NCBI GenBank assembly: GCA_002395385.1
Contig: DGWW01000300.1
Span: 1-54,400 of the forward strand
Reading direction: 5' to 3'
Length of the DNA: 54,400 nucleotides
Source of the DNA: Myxococcales bacterium UBA4248
Lineage (GTDB): Bacteria; Myxococcota_A; Bradymonadia; UBA4248
Shown: in pieces, positions 20,326 through 33,731 of the stretch
Numbering within the stretch: the stretch's first letter is position 1
Layout of the letters: each line of letters opens with the position of its first letter
Notes under the pieces: generated by a model
What the model saw: the letters and a program-made list of their open reading frames with translations, nothing else
Database searches by the model: none
What the model was told of the DNA's origin: nothing
Position numbers and translations under genes: made by a program

Positions 20326-22179
20326 TCATTCACCAAGGATGTAATCATCCTTGAATCGTTCATAACCTGAATCAGCAAAATCATCAATGTGTCCATCTTT
20401 GTCTAAATCGTAGGTCTGAGCAAGTTTAACGATATTGAGAGAGCGCGCTGAGGCATCAAAAATATCATGATAAACGCCATTGAGTTTATAAATGTCTTCG
20501 TGTTTCCCGCTTTCGACGATTTCGCCCTCTTTCATCGCATAAATCATGTCGGCATCAATGATTTGAGAGATACTGTGAGAAATAATCACTACAGTTCGAT
20601 TCTTCTTAATGGCATCGATAGAATTTTTAATCTGCTCCGTCGCAATCGCATCCAGAGAGGCAGTCGGTTCATCTAAAAAGAGAATGGGAGGATTTTTTAG
20701 GAAAATTCGAGCGATGGCAATACGCTGCTGTTGCCCTCCCGAAAGATTATTTGCCGAAGTCTCAAATTTATCCGGCAGCTGCATGATTTGATCATAAATA
20801 TAGGCATCTTTCGCAGCCTGAAAAACTTCTTCATCCGAAGCATCGGGGCGGCCATATAAAATATTCTCTTTGACACTGCCATCAAAAATATGATTTTTCT
20901 GCATGACAATGCCGATATTTTCTCTAAGCCAGGTGGTGTCAATGTCCCCCAAATCCATACCACTCAAACGAATCGAACCAGAAGATGGCGCATAAAATTT
21001 ATCGAGCAAGTTGATGAGTGTCGTCTTCCCCGCCCCAGAAAGTCCTACCAATGCTGTGATTTTTCCTTTCTCAATCGTCAGATTCACATGTTTCAACGCC
21101 TGCGTGCCATTAGGATAAGAAAAAGAAACATCCGCTATTTCAAATGTCGGATCGAGGTGATCTGCCCGTTTCTTACCTTTATCTTCGATTTCATCGGCAC
21201 CAATTACATCAAAATACCCTTCCGAATAAACGAGTGCATCGTTCATATCATCATAAATGCGATGCAGCTGCCGAATCGGCGATGATACATTATGATACAA
21301 CATCACCTGCATCATAATCGAACCAATGCTCATCTCTCCCAGTATGACAAGGTAGGCAGATAAAATAATGATAATGACAACCCCGATTTGTTCAACAAAT
21401 GATTTCAACCCATCAAAAATAAAACCCGTTCGATTCGTCTTAAGCTGATTATCCGTAATCTGCTCCTGTAAGTCATATTGCTTTTTCGATTCGATATTCT
21501 CTCGATTAAACGATTTAATGACTGCTATCGACTGCAAAATATTTAATATCGAATGGCTTTTGGATTCCCTGTAATGTCTGTGTTTTTCTCGCCATCCACG
21601 CAGTTTTTTGCCCTGAAGCATGGTAATATAAAAGAAAACGGGAATGACAATAAGAGCCACCATCCCTACATACACACTCGACCGGAACATCAAAAACAAC
21701 GCCAAAAGCGCATTGGCTACGAGAGGCAGAATATCAATAAAGAAATTATTGACGAGCCGGGTAAGACTCTCGACACCTCGGTCAATGCGAGTCTGCAATT
21801 TACCAGCTTCATTGTCCTTGCCACTAAAGAATGACATCCGATAGGTCAAAATTCGGTCAATTGCCTTCAATGCGAGAGATTTCGACATCGATACGCGCAG
21901 TTTAGCCCCCAAAAAACGCTGACCAAAACTGATAAAAGCAACGAGTAATTCCTTGCCCAGCAAGACTGAACTTACAATGACCAGAATTCTAAATCCCTCT
22001 GTAAGTTTATGATCGCTTTCGAGAATCCCGTTGACCGAATCGACTGCATACTGTAGAGCCAGTGCATTCACCTGCGCAAGACAGGATCCTACGAGCGTCA
22101 ATAACAACGTCGCACCAATCATTAACTTGAATGGTTTGACATAGGGAATCAGTTTTTTATAAATACTCAGAATAGACAT
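20326..22179 (-). CDS. ABC transporter, fused permease/ATP-binding protein
   Basis: N-terminal TM helices; GLSGAGKT, LSGGQQQR, LDEPT. Confidence 0.92.
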   Translation of the reverse strand: MSILSIYKKLIPYVKPFKLMIGATLLLTLVGSCLAQVNALALQYAVDSVNGILESDHKLTEGFRILVIVSSVLLGKELLVAFISFGQRFLGAKLRVSMSKSLALKAIDRILTYRMSFFSGKDNEAGKLQTRIDRGVESLTRLVNNFFIDILPLVANALLALFLMFRSSVYVGMVALIVIPVFFYITMLQGKKLRGWREKHRHYRESKSHSILNILQSIAVIKSFNRENIESKKQYDLQEQITDNQLKTNRTGFIFDGLKSFVEQIGVVIIIILSAYLVILGEMSIGSIMMQVMLYHNVSSPIRQLHRIYDDMNDALVYSEGYFDVIGADEIEDKGKKRADHLDPTFEIADVSFSYPNGTQALKHVNLTIEKGKITALVGLSGAGKTTLINLLDKFYAPSSGSIRLSGMDLGDIDTTWLRENIGIVMQKNHIFDGSVKENILYGRPDASDEEVFQAAKDAYIYDQIMQLPDKFETSANNLSGGQQQRIAIARIFLKNPPILFLDEPTASLDAIATEQIKNSIDAIKKNRTVVIISHSISQIIDADMIYAMKEGEIVESGKHEDIYKLNGVYHDIFDASARSLNIVKLAQTYDLDKDGHIDDFADSGYERFKDDYILGE

Positions 22180-22617
22180 GTAATGGATTTCTCCCTATAG
22201 GTACTTAACACGCGTTTATACCTCTGAACTGCTGGTGTGTAGCCATCATGAGTGATTAAAATGCAAAATCAGGATTCACAGCCTCTTATCCATCATTTCT
22301 ACAACCAATCACAAGACTCGAAACCAAAGTTAATACTAGCTATGACTTTGTTCTGATAAACATATCCGACATCAGTCAGTTATGATATCTCATCCCCCAG
22401 ACTGTGTTTGATTGCATTTTTTTTCCATGGAATCAAAATTTTTTATAAATCGACAGGCACTGATTGTTACATCTCATATCGCAAATTATCCATACATTAA
22501 AATCTGCATTGAAACACTTGCTTCCAACTGATAGAAAAGCCCTGCGGCAATTTAAAATGAGATTGCCATTACCTTTTAATAGTCTTTATTTAACTTTTTT
22601 TTAGCACAGCCTCTCTC

Positions 22618-23703
22618 ATGATTACATCAACAGATACCGGCATCCATCTCTCTGATCAGATCACCATTCACCCCGCCACAGCACTCGCCCCCATGGAAGG
22701 CATTACCGACGCGTTGTTCAGACGCAAAATTCGCGAATGCGGCGGCTGCGGCCTGACGGTAACCGAATTTGTCAACTGTGAGGGACTCGCCAGAGATGTC
22801 GACAAAGTCTGGCTTAAAGCATTACCTGGCCAGGAAGAACGCCCGGCTTCCATCCAAATCTATGGACGCAATCCGGACCGAATTGCCCTTGCTGCCCAAA
22901 TGTGTCAGGAACACGGTGCACAAATTATCGATCTCAATCTCGGGTGTCCTGCCAAAAAAGTCGTCTCGGGCAATGCAGGAAGTGCATTGATGAAAGAACC
23001 TGAGCTATGCAGGGAAATTTTTCATAAAGTACGTGCTGCTATCACCATTCCGATGACCGTTAAAATGCGCCTCGGATGGAGCATGGCTCAGCTCAATGCC
23101 GCAGACATCGCCTATATGGCCCAGGAAGAAGGCGCTTCGATGGTCACAGTGCATGGTCGCACGCGCGAAGAAGCCTACCGCGGCAAAAGCCATTGGGAAA
23201 TGGTACGCCCAATCAAAGAGCGTCTTTCGATCCCACTGCTCGTCAATGGCGATATTCTCACGCGCGAAGATGCACGAAAAGCTCTCGAACTCTCTGGAGC
23301 AGACGGTATTATGGTAGGCAGAGGTTTGCTCAGAAACCCATGGTTGCTGCGCCAAATTGCCGAAGAATGGGAAGGACGAGAAATTTTCGAGCCAACCCTG
23401 CAGCAACGCTGCGATTTTGTCTGCAGCTATATCGATGATATCCAAAGCATGCCTTTTTCTGCCAAAGGTGCCATGGGCAAAATTAAATGCTTCCTGGGAT
23501 ACTTTACACGCGGACTCGCCTATTCCTCTCAAATGCGCGAAAGAGCCTATAAACTCACCGAGATCAACCAAATTAAGGACGCGATCTGCGAGTATTTCGA
23601 AGCTGTCGAAAAAGAGAATCTCGAAAGTATTTTTGACAGCGTGGTCCGCGAGGATGAACCCAACATGCGCTTTAAAGACGGCGATCCGAGACGCATCGAA
23701 TAA
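22618..23703 (+). CDS. dusB: tRNA-dihydrouridine synthase B family
   Basis: LAPMEG, IDLNLGCP, TVKMRLG, VHGRT, NGDI, MVGRG. Confidence 0.9.
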   Translation: MITSTDTGIHLSDQITIHPATALAPMEGITDALFRRKIRECGGCGLTVTEFVNCEGLARDVDKVWLKALPGQEERPASIQIYGRNPDRIALAAQMCQEHGAQIIDLNLGCPAKKVVSGNAGSALMKEPELCREIFHKVRAAITIPMTVKMRLGWSMAQLNAADIAYMAQEEGASMVTVHGRTREEAYRGKSHWEMVRPIKERLSIPLLVNGDILTREDARKALELSGADGIMVGRGLLRNPWLLRQIAEEWEGREIFEPTLQQRCDFVCSYIDDIQSMPFSAKGAMGKIKCFLGYFTRGLAYSSQMRERAYKLTEINQIKDAICEYFEAVEKENLESIFDSVVREDEPNMRFKDGDPRRIE

Positions 23704-23714
23704 CCGTCTTTTCA

Positions 23715-26213
<2,499 letters not shown>

Positions 26214-26281
26214 TGCCTTACTAATACTTTTAAGAGGCAGCATCTCGCGCCTAAGGGAGCATATCATAAAACAATCGTTGT

Positions 26282-26353
26282 TGCGTGGCGTATTTTTAAA
26301 TAGCCACGCACAAGCGAGCCGCATTTGGCCATTTATGGCCAAAAAGGCGAAGC
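26282..26353. repeat. Family H element
   Basis: GCGTGGC-G-TATTT..AAATA-GCCACGC, then GAGCCG..TTTGGCCAT..ATGGCCAAA..GGCGAAGC. Confidence 0.7.
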
Positions 26354-26435
26354 AAAAAAAAAAATGTAACAAAGTCATTTTGACTGGCATTATCTCTACG
26401 AAGGAATGGGCCTTCCTATGGATGAGGTGTGAGAT

Positions 26436-26577
26436 GTACTTCTCGGGATTCGTCTGACTTTACCGCCCTGACATAATATACAGCCAGTCGAAGGGCGGCT
26501 CACTGCACAATGGAATCCGGACGCGGCCCAAAGTGCAGAAGTGCTGTATATGCCAGGCACATCGGATGCCTTTTTTT
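26436..26577 (+). ncRNA. Candidate structured RNA ending in an intrinsic terminator
   Basis: Several complementary segments plus AGGCA..TGCCT-T7; no family recognised. Confidence 0.3.
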
Positions 26578-27238
26578 ACGACAGCTAAGGTCGGAAAGGG
26601 TGTAGTGTGCCAAGACCGCGCGTATTTGGGGTTTGGACGGCGAGTCGGCGGGTGGGAATGGGAAAGCGGTAACCCTTTGGGTTACCCACAAACCTTATAA
26701 CAACATGTAGGTCTTGAAACCACATTCATGTTATTTCAAATCTATTTATTAGCTATGTTTTAAGCAACATATCGCCCCTATTATCCATGCTATGTAACAT
26801 AGCGTGGATATGCTTGTTCCAAAAAAGGCGTTATTTCATTACACTGAGCTATAAGCATTTATTGATTCATCCCTTGTCTAAATTCAAAGATCTAAGGAAA
26901 ATCCAATCAATTGACCTCTCGACCAGTTCCTTTCTTTATAAATGGCGAGTGGGAGTGAGTTTTAAAAATGCAGAAATGAATGATTCAGAGATTCCCTAAG
27001 ACCAAATGAGGTTATCGACGGAATAATAATGACGCTCGTTAAAGAGCCTGAGGTAAAGGACTTAAGCAGAATCACCCCAGGTCTGATATGTGTGCCACGA
27101 TCAATCCGCATGGGACAGTCGTGCATAGGCAATCAAACAGATGCGGGTAAATTCGTATTTTGAACAATTCAATGCTATATAATGCGCGCGCATAAGAAAT
27201 GCGTATTCATGCAGAATCTCACCAGAAGGTATCGAATC

Positions 27239-29977
27239 ATGACTGAATTTACACAGCTTCCTATTTACAAACATCAGGATGAGATTAACGCGGCTTTGGC
27301 CAATCACCAGGTTATCGTAGTACAGGGACCAACGGGATGCGGCAAAACGACGCAACTTCCCCGCATTCTGCTTAGAAATCCGATGATCACCGGGCGCATA
27401 GGCCTGACCCAGCCACGCAGAATTGCCGCAGTCAGTGTGGCTGCGCGACTGGCCAAGGAAATCGGGTGTGAGCTCGGAGAAGAAGTGGGGTATGCCATTC
27501 GATTTGATGACAAAACCAGCGAAGATACCATTTTAAAAGTGATGACAGATGGGATTTTACTGCAGGAATCGCGCAGTGATCATTTGTACGAACAATATCA
27601 GGTCATTATTATTGACGAAGCGCATGAACGTTCGCTGAACATCGATCTTGCGCTGGGTTTGCTGCGCATGGCTATCGATAAACGACCGGATTTGCGCGTT
27701 ATCATTAGTTCTGCGACAATTCGGGCAGAAACATTTCAAAAGTTTTTTTCGCGCAAAGGGGACGGCAGTGATGTCCCGCTCATATCAATTCAGGCACGCA
27801 CGTATCCTGTTGAAATATCATATCGTGACGTCGAAGGGGATCGCGATGAAATGCCCGAAGCTCTGACCGACGAAGTCAAGCGCATCCATAAGAGTGGCGA
27901 AGAAGGCCATATTCTGGCATTTTTGCCGGGTCAGGCTGCCATTTTAAAGTGCCAGGAAATGTTGCAAATTGCCCAGGCAACAGAACGCGGTTTTGACGAC
28001 TTATGGATTTTGCCGCTCTATGGCTTGCTGTCACGCGAGGAACAGGAGCGCGTGTTTGACGAAAAACCCGGGATGCGCAAAGTCGTCCTGGCGACAAACA
28101 TTGCCGAGACCTCGATTACGATTCCGGATGTACGGTTTGTCATCGACTCGGGCATAGCCAAGATACCGCGATTTAATAACAATACCCATATTACGACACT
28201 CAAAGAAGAGGGCGTGAGCCATGCCTCACTGCAGCAGCGCGCGGGACGTGCTGGACGTACAGCACCGGGCAAATGTATTCGACTTTTCCCCGAGGACAAG
28301 TTGGACAACCGCGTCGAATTTACCGATGAAGAAATCATTCGGTTGGAACTCAGCGAAGTTTTATTGCGTCTGATCGATGTCGGCATCCTGGATGTCGAGA
28401 GTTTCCCGTTCCCGACGCGACCGCCACATCAGGCAATCGTTGATGCACTGGCTGAATTGCGCCGGCTCGGTGCTATTGATGAAACCAACAACCTGACCAA
28501 TATTGGGCAAAAAATGGTTGTTTTCCCGCTCTCCCCGAGACTGGCCCGAGTCGTCATCGAGGCAGGCATGAAATATCCGGGCGTACTCGAAGATGTCATC
28601 ATTGCTGTTGCATGGCTATCCGTCAAATCTCCTTTGTTGTACCCACCCGAACATGAGGCACAGGCGCGCCGAATGCATGCAAAACTTGCCCATCCGATGG
28701 GCGATCTGCTCACCGACGTCGCTATCGTCCATAAGTATAATGATGCAGAACTCAAAAAAGAGTTCTGTCATAAGAATTTCCTCGATCCCGATACAATGGC
28801 ATTTATCGTCAAATCGACGACCCAAATCATCGATATTGCCGAAACCGTGGGATTGATTGGCCAACCTGATGGCAACGAAAATGACGTGATCCGATCATTT
28901 TTGTCAGCTTATGGGGATCAGTGTCTGGTACTCAAAGGCAGGAGTTACGTCACCCCAATGGACGTCAATGTCGTGCTGCATCCTTCTTCCTCGCTCTATT
29001 CGACGATGCCCAAAATTATTGTGGCGCTGGAATTTATACAATCGACGAGAACTTATGCAGAACAGGCATCGGCGGTACGTTCGACATGGCTCAAAGAGTA
29101 TGGAATTTCGCTCGATTTCTCGCAGGATTCATCGCGTCCGGGGCGCGGTGCCTATCAGGAATTTGGTGCAGATCGCAAAAAACAACGACGATTCGAGCGA
29201 TCCCGTGCAGCTCTGGGCTATACCGAAGAATCGCTCAAACGTGCACAAAAGCGCGGGTTTGATCCCAAAGCAGCGAACAGTGTGCCGTCGTTCACTTCGT
29301 CGGGACGCAAACTTTTCAGAGTACAAAAAGCCAATACCTACGGTGAAGATTTGCGTTCTCGCAACGAAAGCGTTCGTTTAAAAGCGAGTGACAATCGAAT
29401 TCCCGATGAACTCGTCATTGGCGGACGAACGCTCAGATGCATGAATGTTTCGCAAAAACCCGTTATTATAATGAATATCGATGATTTGCGTGCCATTGCC
29501 CCGTATCAGCCAATCACCGATCACACGAGTTGGTTGAGTTATCGGGTTTCACTGAAAGATAATACCGGAAGATACGAGATTTTACGCGGTTATCGACTTG
29601 GCGAAATCGTCGATGTCGCGCGAGCACTGGGGCTCTTGGATGGCAAGCTCCTTGTGCCTGACACGATTCCCATTGGCGCGAGCTTGAGTGCAAGATCGAA
29701 TATCAAAGTACTGCTCAAAGCATTGCCTTTTATTGCCCACTGTCACATCGGTGCACGCGGCAAAAATGGCTGGCTCACGCTCGCAGGAAGCGAAGATATT
29801 TTCTGGTTTGAATTTAACGACAAACCCCTCGAAGCACTCGATTTCTCAATGCAAACCCTCGAAAATATTTCGGAATTTGTGCGCGAAGCAGATATTCTGG
29901 AACAAATTGCCAATACCACACAGAGACTGGCAGAAATCCAGAGAAAAGTGACGGCGGCTGTTGTTGGCAAATATTAA
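27239..29977 (+). CDS. hrpA: HrpA-like DEAH-box RNA helicase
   Basis: GPTGCGKTT, TQPRR, DEAHER, SAT, TNIAETSIT, QRAGRAGR; unassigned C-terminal region. Confidence 0.85.
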   Translation: MTEFTQLPIYKHQDEINAALANHQVIVVQGPTGCGKTTQLPRILLRNPMITGRIGLTQPRRIAAVSVAARLAKEIGCELGEEVGYAIRFDDKTSEDTILKVMTDGILLQESRSDHLYEQYQVIIIDEAHERSLNIDLALGLLRMAIDKRPDLRVIISSATIRAETFQKFFSRKGDGSDVPLISIQARTYPVEISYRDVEGDRDEMPEALTDEVKRIHKSGEEGHILAFLPGQAAILKCQEMLQIAQATERGFDDLWILPLYGLLSREEQERVFDEKPGMRKVVLATNIAETSITIPDVRFVIDSGIAKIPRFNNNTHITTLKEEGVSHASLQQRAGRAGRTAPGKCIRLFPEDKLDNRVEFTDEEIIRLELSEVLLRLIDVGILDVESFPFPTRPPHQAIVDALAELRRLGAIDETNNLTNIGQKMVVFPLSPRLARVVIEAGMKYPGVLEDVIIAVAWLSVKSPLLYPPEHEAQARRMHAKLAHPMGDLLTDVAIVHKYNDAELKKEFCHKNFLDPDTMAFIVKSTTQIIDIAETVGLIGQPDGNENDVIRSFLSAYGDQCLVLKGRSYVTPMDVNVVLHPSSSLYSTMPKIIVALEFIQSTRTYAEQASAVRSTWLKEYGISLDFSQDSSRPGRGAYQEFGADRKKQRRFERSRAALGYTEESLKRAQKRGFDPKAANSVPSFTSSGRKLFRVQKANTYGEDLRSRNESVRLKASDNRIPDELVIGGRTLRCMNVSQKPVIIMNIDDLRAIAPYQPITDHTSWLSYRVSLKDNTGRYEILRGYRLGEIVDVARALGLLDGKLLVPDTIPIGASLSARSNIKVLLKALPFIAHCHIGARGKNGWLTLAGSEDIFWFEFNDKPLEALDFSMQTLENISEFVREADILEQIANTTQRLAEIQRKVTAAVVGKY

Positions 29978-30155
29978 AGCGGAAAGTACATTATATAAGG
30001 CTATGATGAACCAGCGTGAATATGAATTCAGCTTGTAGCTCATAGCTTATAGCTTTTAGCTGAGAGTTCATTTCATAGGAAATCAGTCTGTTGCCTGTAA
30101 AATAATTAAACTTCTACAAGCTATTGTGCTGGACATAGATAATGACAATACATGG

Positions 30156-30185
30156 TTTGACAGTGGGGCATGCCCCACTGTCAAA
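30156..30185. repeat. Perfect 30-bp palindrome
   Basis: TTTGACAGTGGGGCATGCCCCACTGTCAAA. Confidence 0.9.
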
Positions 30186-30372
30186 TAAGCCATATACCTC
30201 TACTGTCGACAACTATGGCCGGAACAATAAAAGCTGGAGCAATGAAAAGCTGAAATCCAAAGACCAATGTATATCAACGGTGGTGAAACATAGCCAAACT
30301 TAACGACCTTCGCCAAACTACATGAGCGAAGTGAGCCGCGAACAAATTCGTTTTTAAACGATCTGATTTAGA

Positions 30373-31494
30373 ATGAATCCAATAGAAATACGACAGACTT
30401 TACATGCGCACCCAGAACTCGGATTCGAAGAACAATGGACTTCACAGTTTATTGCGAATCAACTCAGAGCACTAGGATGTGAAGTACACGAAAAAATAGC
30501 CCGAACAGGTGTTATCGGTATTCTGCATGGACAAGATCATACGCATGCTATCGGCTACCGCGCCGATATGGATGCATTGCCCATTGTCGAGGAAAATGCA
30601 CTTCCCTACTGTTCTCACAATGGGAATATGCACGCATGCGGTCATGATGTGCACATGGCTGTAGCCTTAGGGGTAGCAGAAAAACTCGCGCGTTCTGAGA
30701 TAAAACCTGCGCATGACATCGTTTTTATCTTCCAACCGAATGAAGAGGGAGCTCCAGGGGAATTGCCTTCCGGTGCAGAACTCATGTGTCAGGAAGGAAT
30801 TTTGGAACGATTTCATATCAAAAAGATGATGGCATTACATTGCGATCCAACGCTCAAAACCGGAGTCATGGGCATTTCCCGGGGAGCGGTTTGGGCTGCC
30901 TCCGGCCGGTTGAATATCGAAATCGAAGGCAAATCCGCACATGCCGCCTATCCCGAGCGAGGATGTGACGCGCTGCTGGCTGCCAGTGAAATGATTGGTG
31001 CAATTTATACAGCACTCAAGAGGCGAAGAGCACCATCCAAAGAAGTCGTTTCGATCTGCAAGTTCCATGCGGGATCGGCTTTTAATGTGATTGCAGGATC
31101 GGCACAATTCGAAGGCATTATGCGAGGCCCATCCAGAAAGCACCTGGAAGAAATTGCACAAATCATCGAAGAAACCGTCAATGGACTGGCACAAGCTTTT
31201 AATGTCAAAGCACGATGTCATTTTTACTATGGTGCCAATGCGGTCATCAATGATGCCATACTGGCTGAAAAAGCACTGTCTCTTTGGCAAAAAAATGCCC
31301 ATGAAATTGAAATGAGTATGGCTTCAGAGGATTTTTCTCACTTTTCCGAAAAGATTCCCTCGCTTTATGCCATGCTTGGGATACAGGGGAATGGCAACGG
31401 GACGGAGCCTCTGCATTCAAGCCATTTTTCCGTGGATGAATCGGCCATTTTGGCTGGCATTGAACGCATGTCAGAATTGTTGAGGAGTCTTTGA
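30373..31494 (+). CDS. M20D family amidohydrolase
   Basis: HPELGFEE, RADMDALP, HACGHD, FQPNEE, SEDFS. Confidence 0.92.
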   Translation: MNPIEIRQTLHAHPELGFEEQWTSQFIANQLRALGCEVHEKIARTGVIGILHGQDHTHAIGYRADMDALPIVEENALPYCSHNGNMHACGHDVHMAVALGVAEKLARSEIKPAHDIVFIFQPNEEGAPGELPSGAELMCQEGILERFHIKKMMALHCDPTLKTGVMGISRGAVWAASGRLNIEIEGKSAHAAYPERGCDALLAASEMIGAIYTALKRRRAPSKEVVSICKFHAGSAFNVIAGSAQFEGIMRGPSRKHLEEIAQIIEETVNGLAQAFNVKARCHFYYGANAVINDAILAEKALSLWQKNAHEIEMSMASEDFSHFSEKIPSLYAMLGIQGNGNGTEPLHSSHFSVDESAILAGIERMSELLRSL

Positions 31495-31557
31495 TTTTAT
31501 AAACAAATCACGGTATAAGTAACCTCGTTTCATTCGCCGTGTCTTGCAAAAAATGGA

Positions 31558-31622
31558 TGCGGCGCGTATCGTAGATAGCGACGCAGCGCAAAGCGTATTG
31601 GCCAAAGGCCAATAGCAGGCGC
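31558..31622. repeat. Family H element, two modules
   Basis: CGC-G-TATC gta GATA-GCG; GC-G-TATTGGCC aaa GGCCAATA-GC. Confidence 0.7.
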
Positions 31623-31650
31623 ACCACTTTTATAGAAATTGGAGATTACA

Positions 31651-33576
31651 ATGAAAAAGAAGCTGTCCCTCATACTCGCAATTGGCGCTCTTGCTTTCAC
31701 CACATCCTGTACAGAAGAAGGCAATGACTGTCAGCAAAATACTTGCATCGGCAACGTCGCCCATATCTGTATTAAAGGACATCTTAGTATCTACAAAGAC
31801 TGTAGCAGCGTCAATGGTAAATGCCAGGAGAATTGGCAAGGAGACAATGCATGCGCGCCACTGGCCGCTGTTTGTTCGGATGGCGATGTTCAATGCTCCG
31901 GCGACGGTATTCCGCAAAAATGTGTCGGTGGGCAGTGGGCAAATCAGGATGCATGCGGTGAAGGCACAACCTGTGATGCCGGCGAATGCAAACAGAATGC
32001 TTCGGTGACATGCACAGACGATACGCTTCAGTGCAATGGAAATGTCGTTCAAAAATGCATCTCTGGTGTATGGGAAGATCAGGAAATATGCGACGAAGAA
32101 ACCCCATGCGTCAATGGTGAATGCAAGAGCTCCGGCACGACATGCACAGACGAAGCGAAACAATGCTCCGAAAGCGGCGTTCCCCAGGTTTGCACGGACG
32201 GTGCATGGGTCGATCAGACTGCGTGCGAAGAAGGCAACAAATGCGTCGAAGGCGAATGTCAGCCGGATACGGGCGACACCTGCACTGATGAAGCCAAACA
32301 ATGCTCCGATACGGGCGTTCCTCAGGTTTGCACGGACGGCGCATGGGTCGATCAGACTGCGTGCGAAGAAGGCAACAAATGCGTCGAAGGCGAATGTCAG
32401 CCGGATACGAGCGACACCTGCACTGATGAAGCCAAACAATGCTCCGATACGGGCGTTCCCCAGGTTTGCACAGACGGTGCATGGGTCGATCAGACAGCAT
32501 GCGATTCAGAGTCTGAATGCGTCGAGGGTGAATGCAAGCCCAAACCATGCGAAAATGATACGACACGATGCGCCGATAATGGCACACCACAAAAATGCGT
32601 CGAAGGTGTATGGACGGATCAGGAAGCCTGTGAGACAGGAAAAGAATGCGGTAAAGATAGTGATGGCAACAATGGGGTATGCCTCGACATCATCAACCTC
32701 TGCGCAGATTTGGATGCCCAAACCGAAGGCTGCATGATTAATCCCAATAATGACGCCGCTTTATATGTCGTCTGCGGCGACAAAGAAGTCGTTTCGCGCA
32801 TTTCCTGCAAAGAATTCGTAAATATCGAGGGTGCCAACCGTCCTTACACCGGAGATGTCTGTGTCGATAGCGCAGACGGTGCCGGAAAAGTCTGCGGCTG
32901 CGAAAAAGACGACGATTGCGCCGACGGCTACAAATGCGATACAGAAAACAAAGCCTGCGTTGTCAAACCCGAATGCGAAAAAGACGAAGATTGCAAAGAA
33001 GGTTACGCTTGCAATGAAGAAAATAAATGCGTCGAAAAACCTGCTTCTACTGATATCCCAGTCGATTGCAGCGATAAAGCAGACGGCGTCTACTGCGGAT
33101 CCGAAGACGGAAAAGCGATCCTTTATTATTGTGAAGAGAAAGCCGTCGTGACCGAAGGTGACAATGCCAAAAAAGAATGTGCAGCCGAAACCCCAATCTG
33201 CATTGCCACCAATGCTGCCGGTGCAGAACCGTTTGGTCTTTGCGCACAGTGCGATCCCGAAAGCACAGTAAACCAGTGCGGTGAAGGCAAAGTCTGCGGC
33301 GAATCATTCGAATGCGAGCCCGCCGCTCCTGTTTCTGAAGATCCCTGCAAAGACAAGACCTCTGGCGAGGTTTGCAGCGGAACAACAGATATTGCCACAT
33401 GCAATGCCGAAGGCAAAACCGAGTCGACCAGAAAATGCGGAGATGCCGAGTCAGATACCGGTAAACTATGCAAACTCGATTCAGACAGCAATCCTTTCTG
33501 CGGCTGCGATGCTGATGGTGACTGTGCAGAAGGTCAGGAGTGCAAAGACAATAAATGCCAGGCCAAGGCTGAATAA
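31651..33576 (+). CDS. Cys-rich repeat lipoprotein
   Basis: GGAG RBS; lipobox TTSC; C...W.DQ..C repeats. Confidence 0.8.
   Translation: MKKKLSLILAIGALAFTTSCTEEGNDCQQNTCIGNVAHICIKGHLSIYKDCSSVNGKCQENWQGDNACAPLAAVCSDGDVQCSGDGIPQKCVGGQWANQDACGEGTTCDAGECKQNASVTCTDDTLQCNGNVVQKCISGVWEDQEICDEETPCVNGECKSSGTTCTDEAKQCSESGVPQVCTDGAWVDQTACEEGNKCVEGECQPDTGDTCTDEAKQCSDTGVPQVCTDGAWVDQTACEEGNKCVEGECQPDTSDTCTDEAKQCSDTGVPQVCTDGAWVDQTACDSESECVEGECKPKPCENDTTRCADNGTPQKCVEGVWTDQEACETGKECGKDSDGNNGVCLDIINLCADLDAQTEGCMINPNNDAALYVVCGDKEVVSRISCKEFVNIEGANRPYTGDVCVDSADGAGKVCGCEKDDDCADGYKCDTENKACVVKPECEKDEDCKEGYACNEENKCVEKPASTDIPVDCSDKADGVYCGSEDGKAILYYCEEKAVVTEGDNAKKECAAETPICIATNAAGAEPFGLCAQCDPESTVNQCGEGKVCGESFECEPAAPVSEDPCKDKTSGEVCSGTTDIATCNAEGKTESTRKCGDAESDTGKLCKLDSDSNPFCGCDADGDCAEGQECKDNKCQAKAE
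32143..32540 (+). repeat. Coding 138-bp (46-aa) tandem repeat, about 3 copies
   Basis: CTDEAKQCS.TGVPQVCTDGAWVDQTAC units starting at 32143, 32281, 32419. Confidence 0.9.
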
Positions 33577-33598
33577 TATATTCTCATGACCATTGAAG

Positions 33599-33624
33599 AA
33601 CCGCCCTTTTTGGGCGGTTTTTTT
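33599..33624 (+). terminator. Intrinsic terminator
   Basis: AACCGCCC-ttttt-GGGCGGTT followed by a T run, after the 33576 stop. Confidence 0.8.
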
Positions 33625-33628
33625 GTAT

Positions 33629-33730
33629 CTTCGCCTTTTTGCCTGCGGCAAATGCGGCTCATGTTTCGGGCTGCGGCTTTGCCGCACGCCCTCTTGTCGG
33701 CCGGCTATGGCGATGCCATACGCCTGCCGA
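33629..33730. repeat. Family H element (reverse orientation)
   Basis: CTTCGCC..TTTGCC..GGCAAA..CGGCTC and GGCTATGGC gat GCCATACGCC. Confidence 0.65.
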
Positions 33731-33731
33731 T

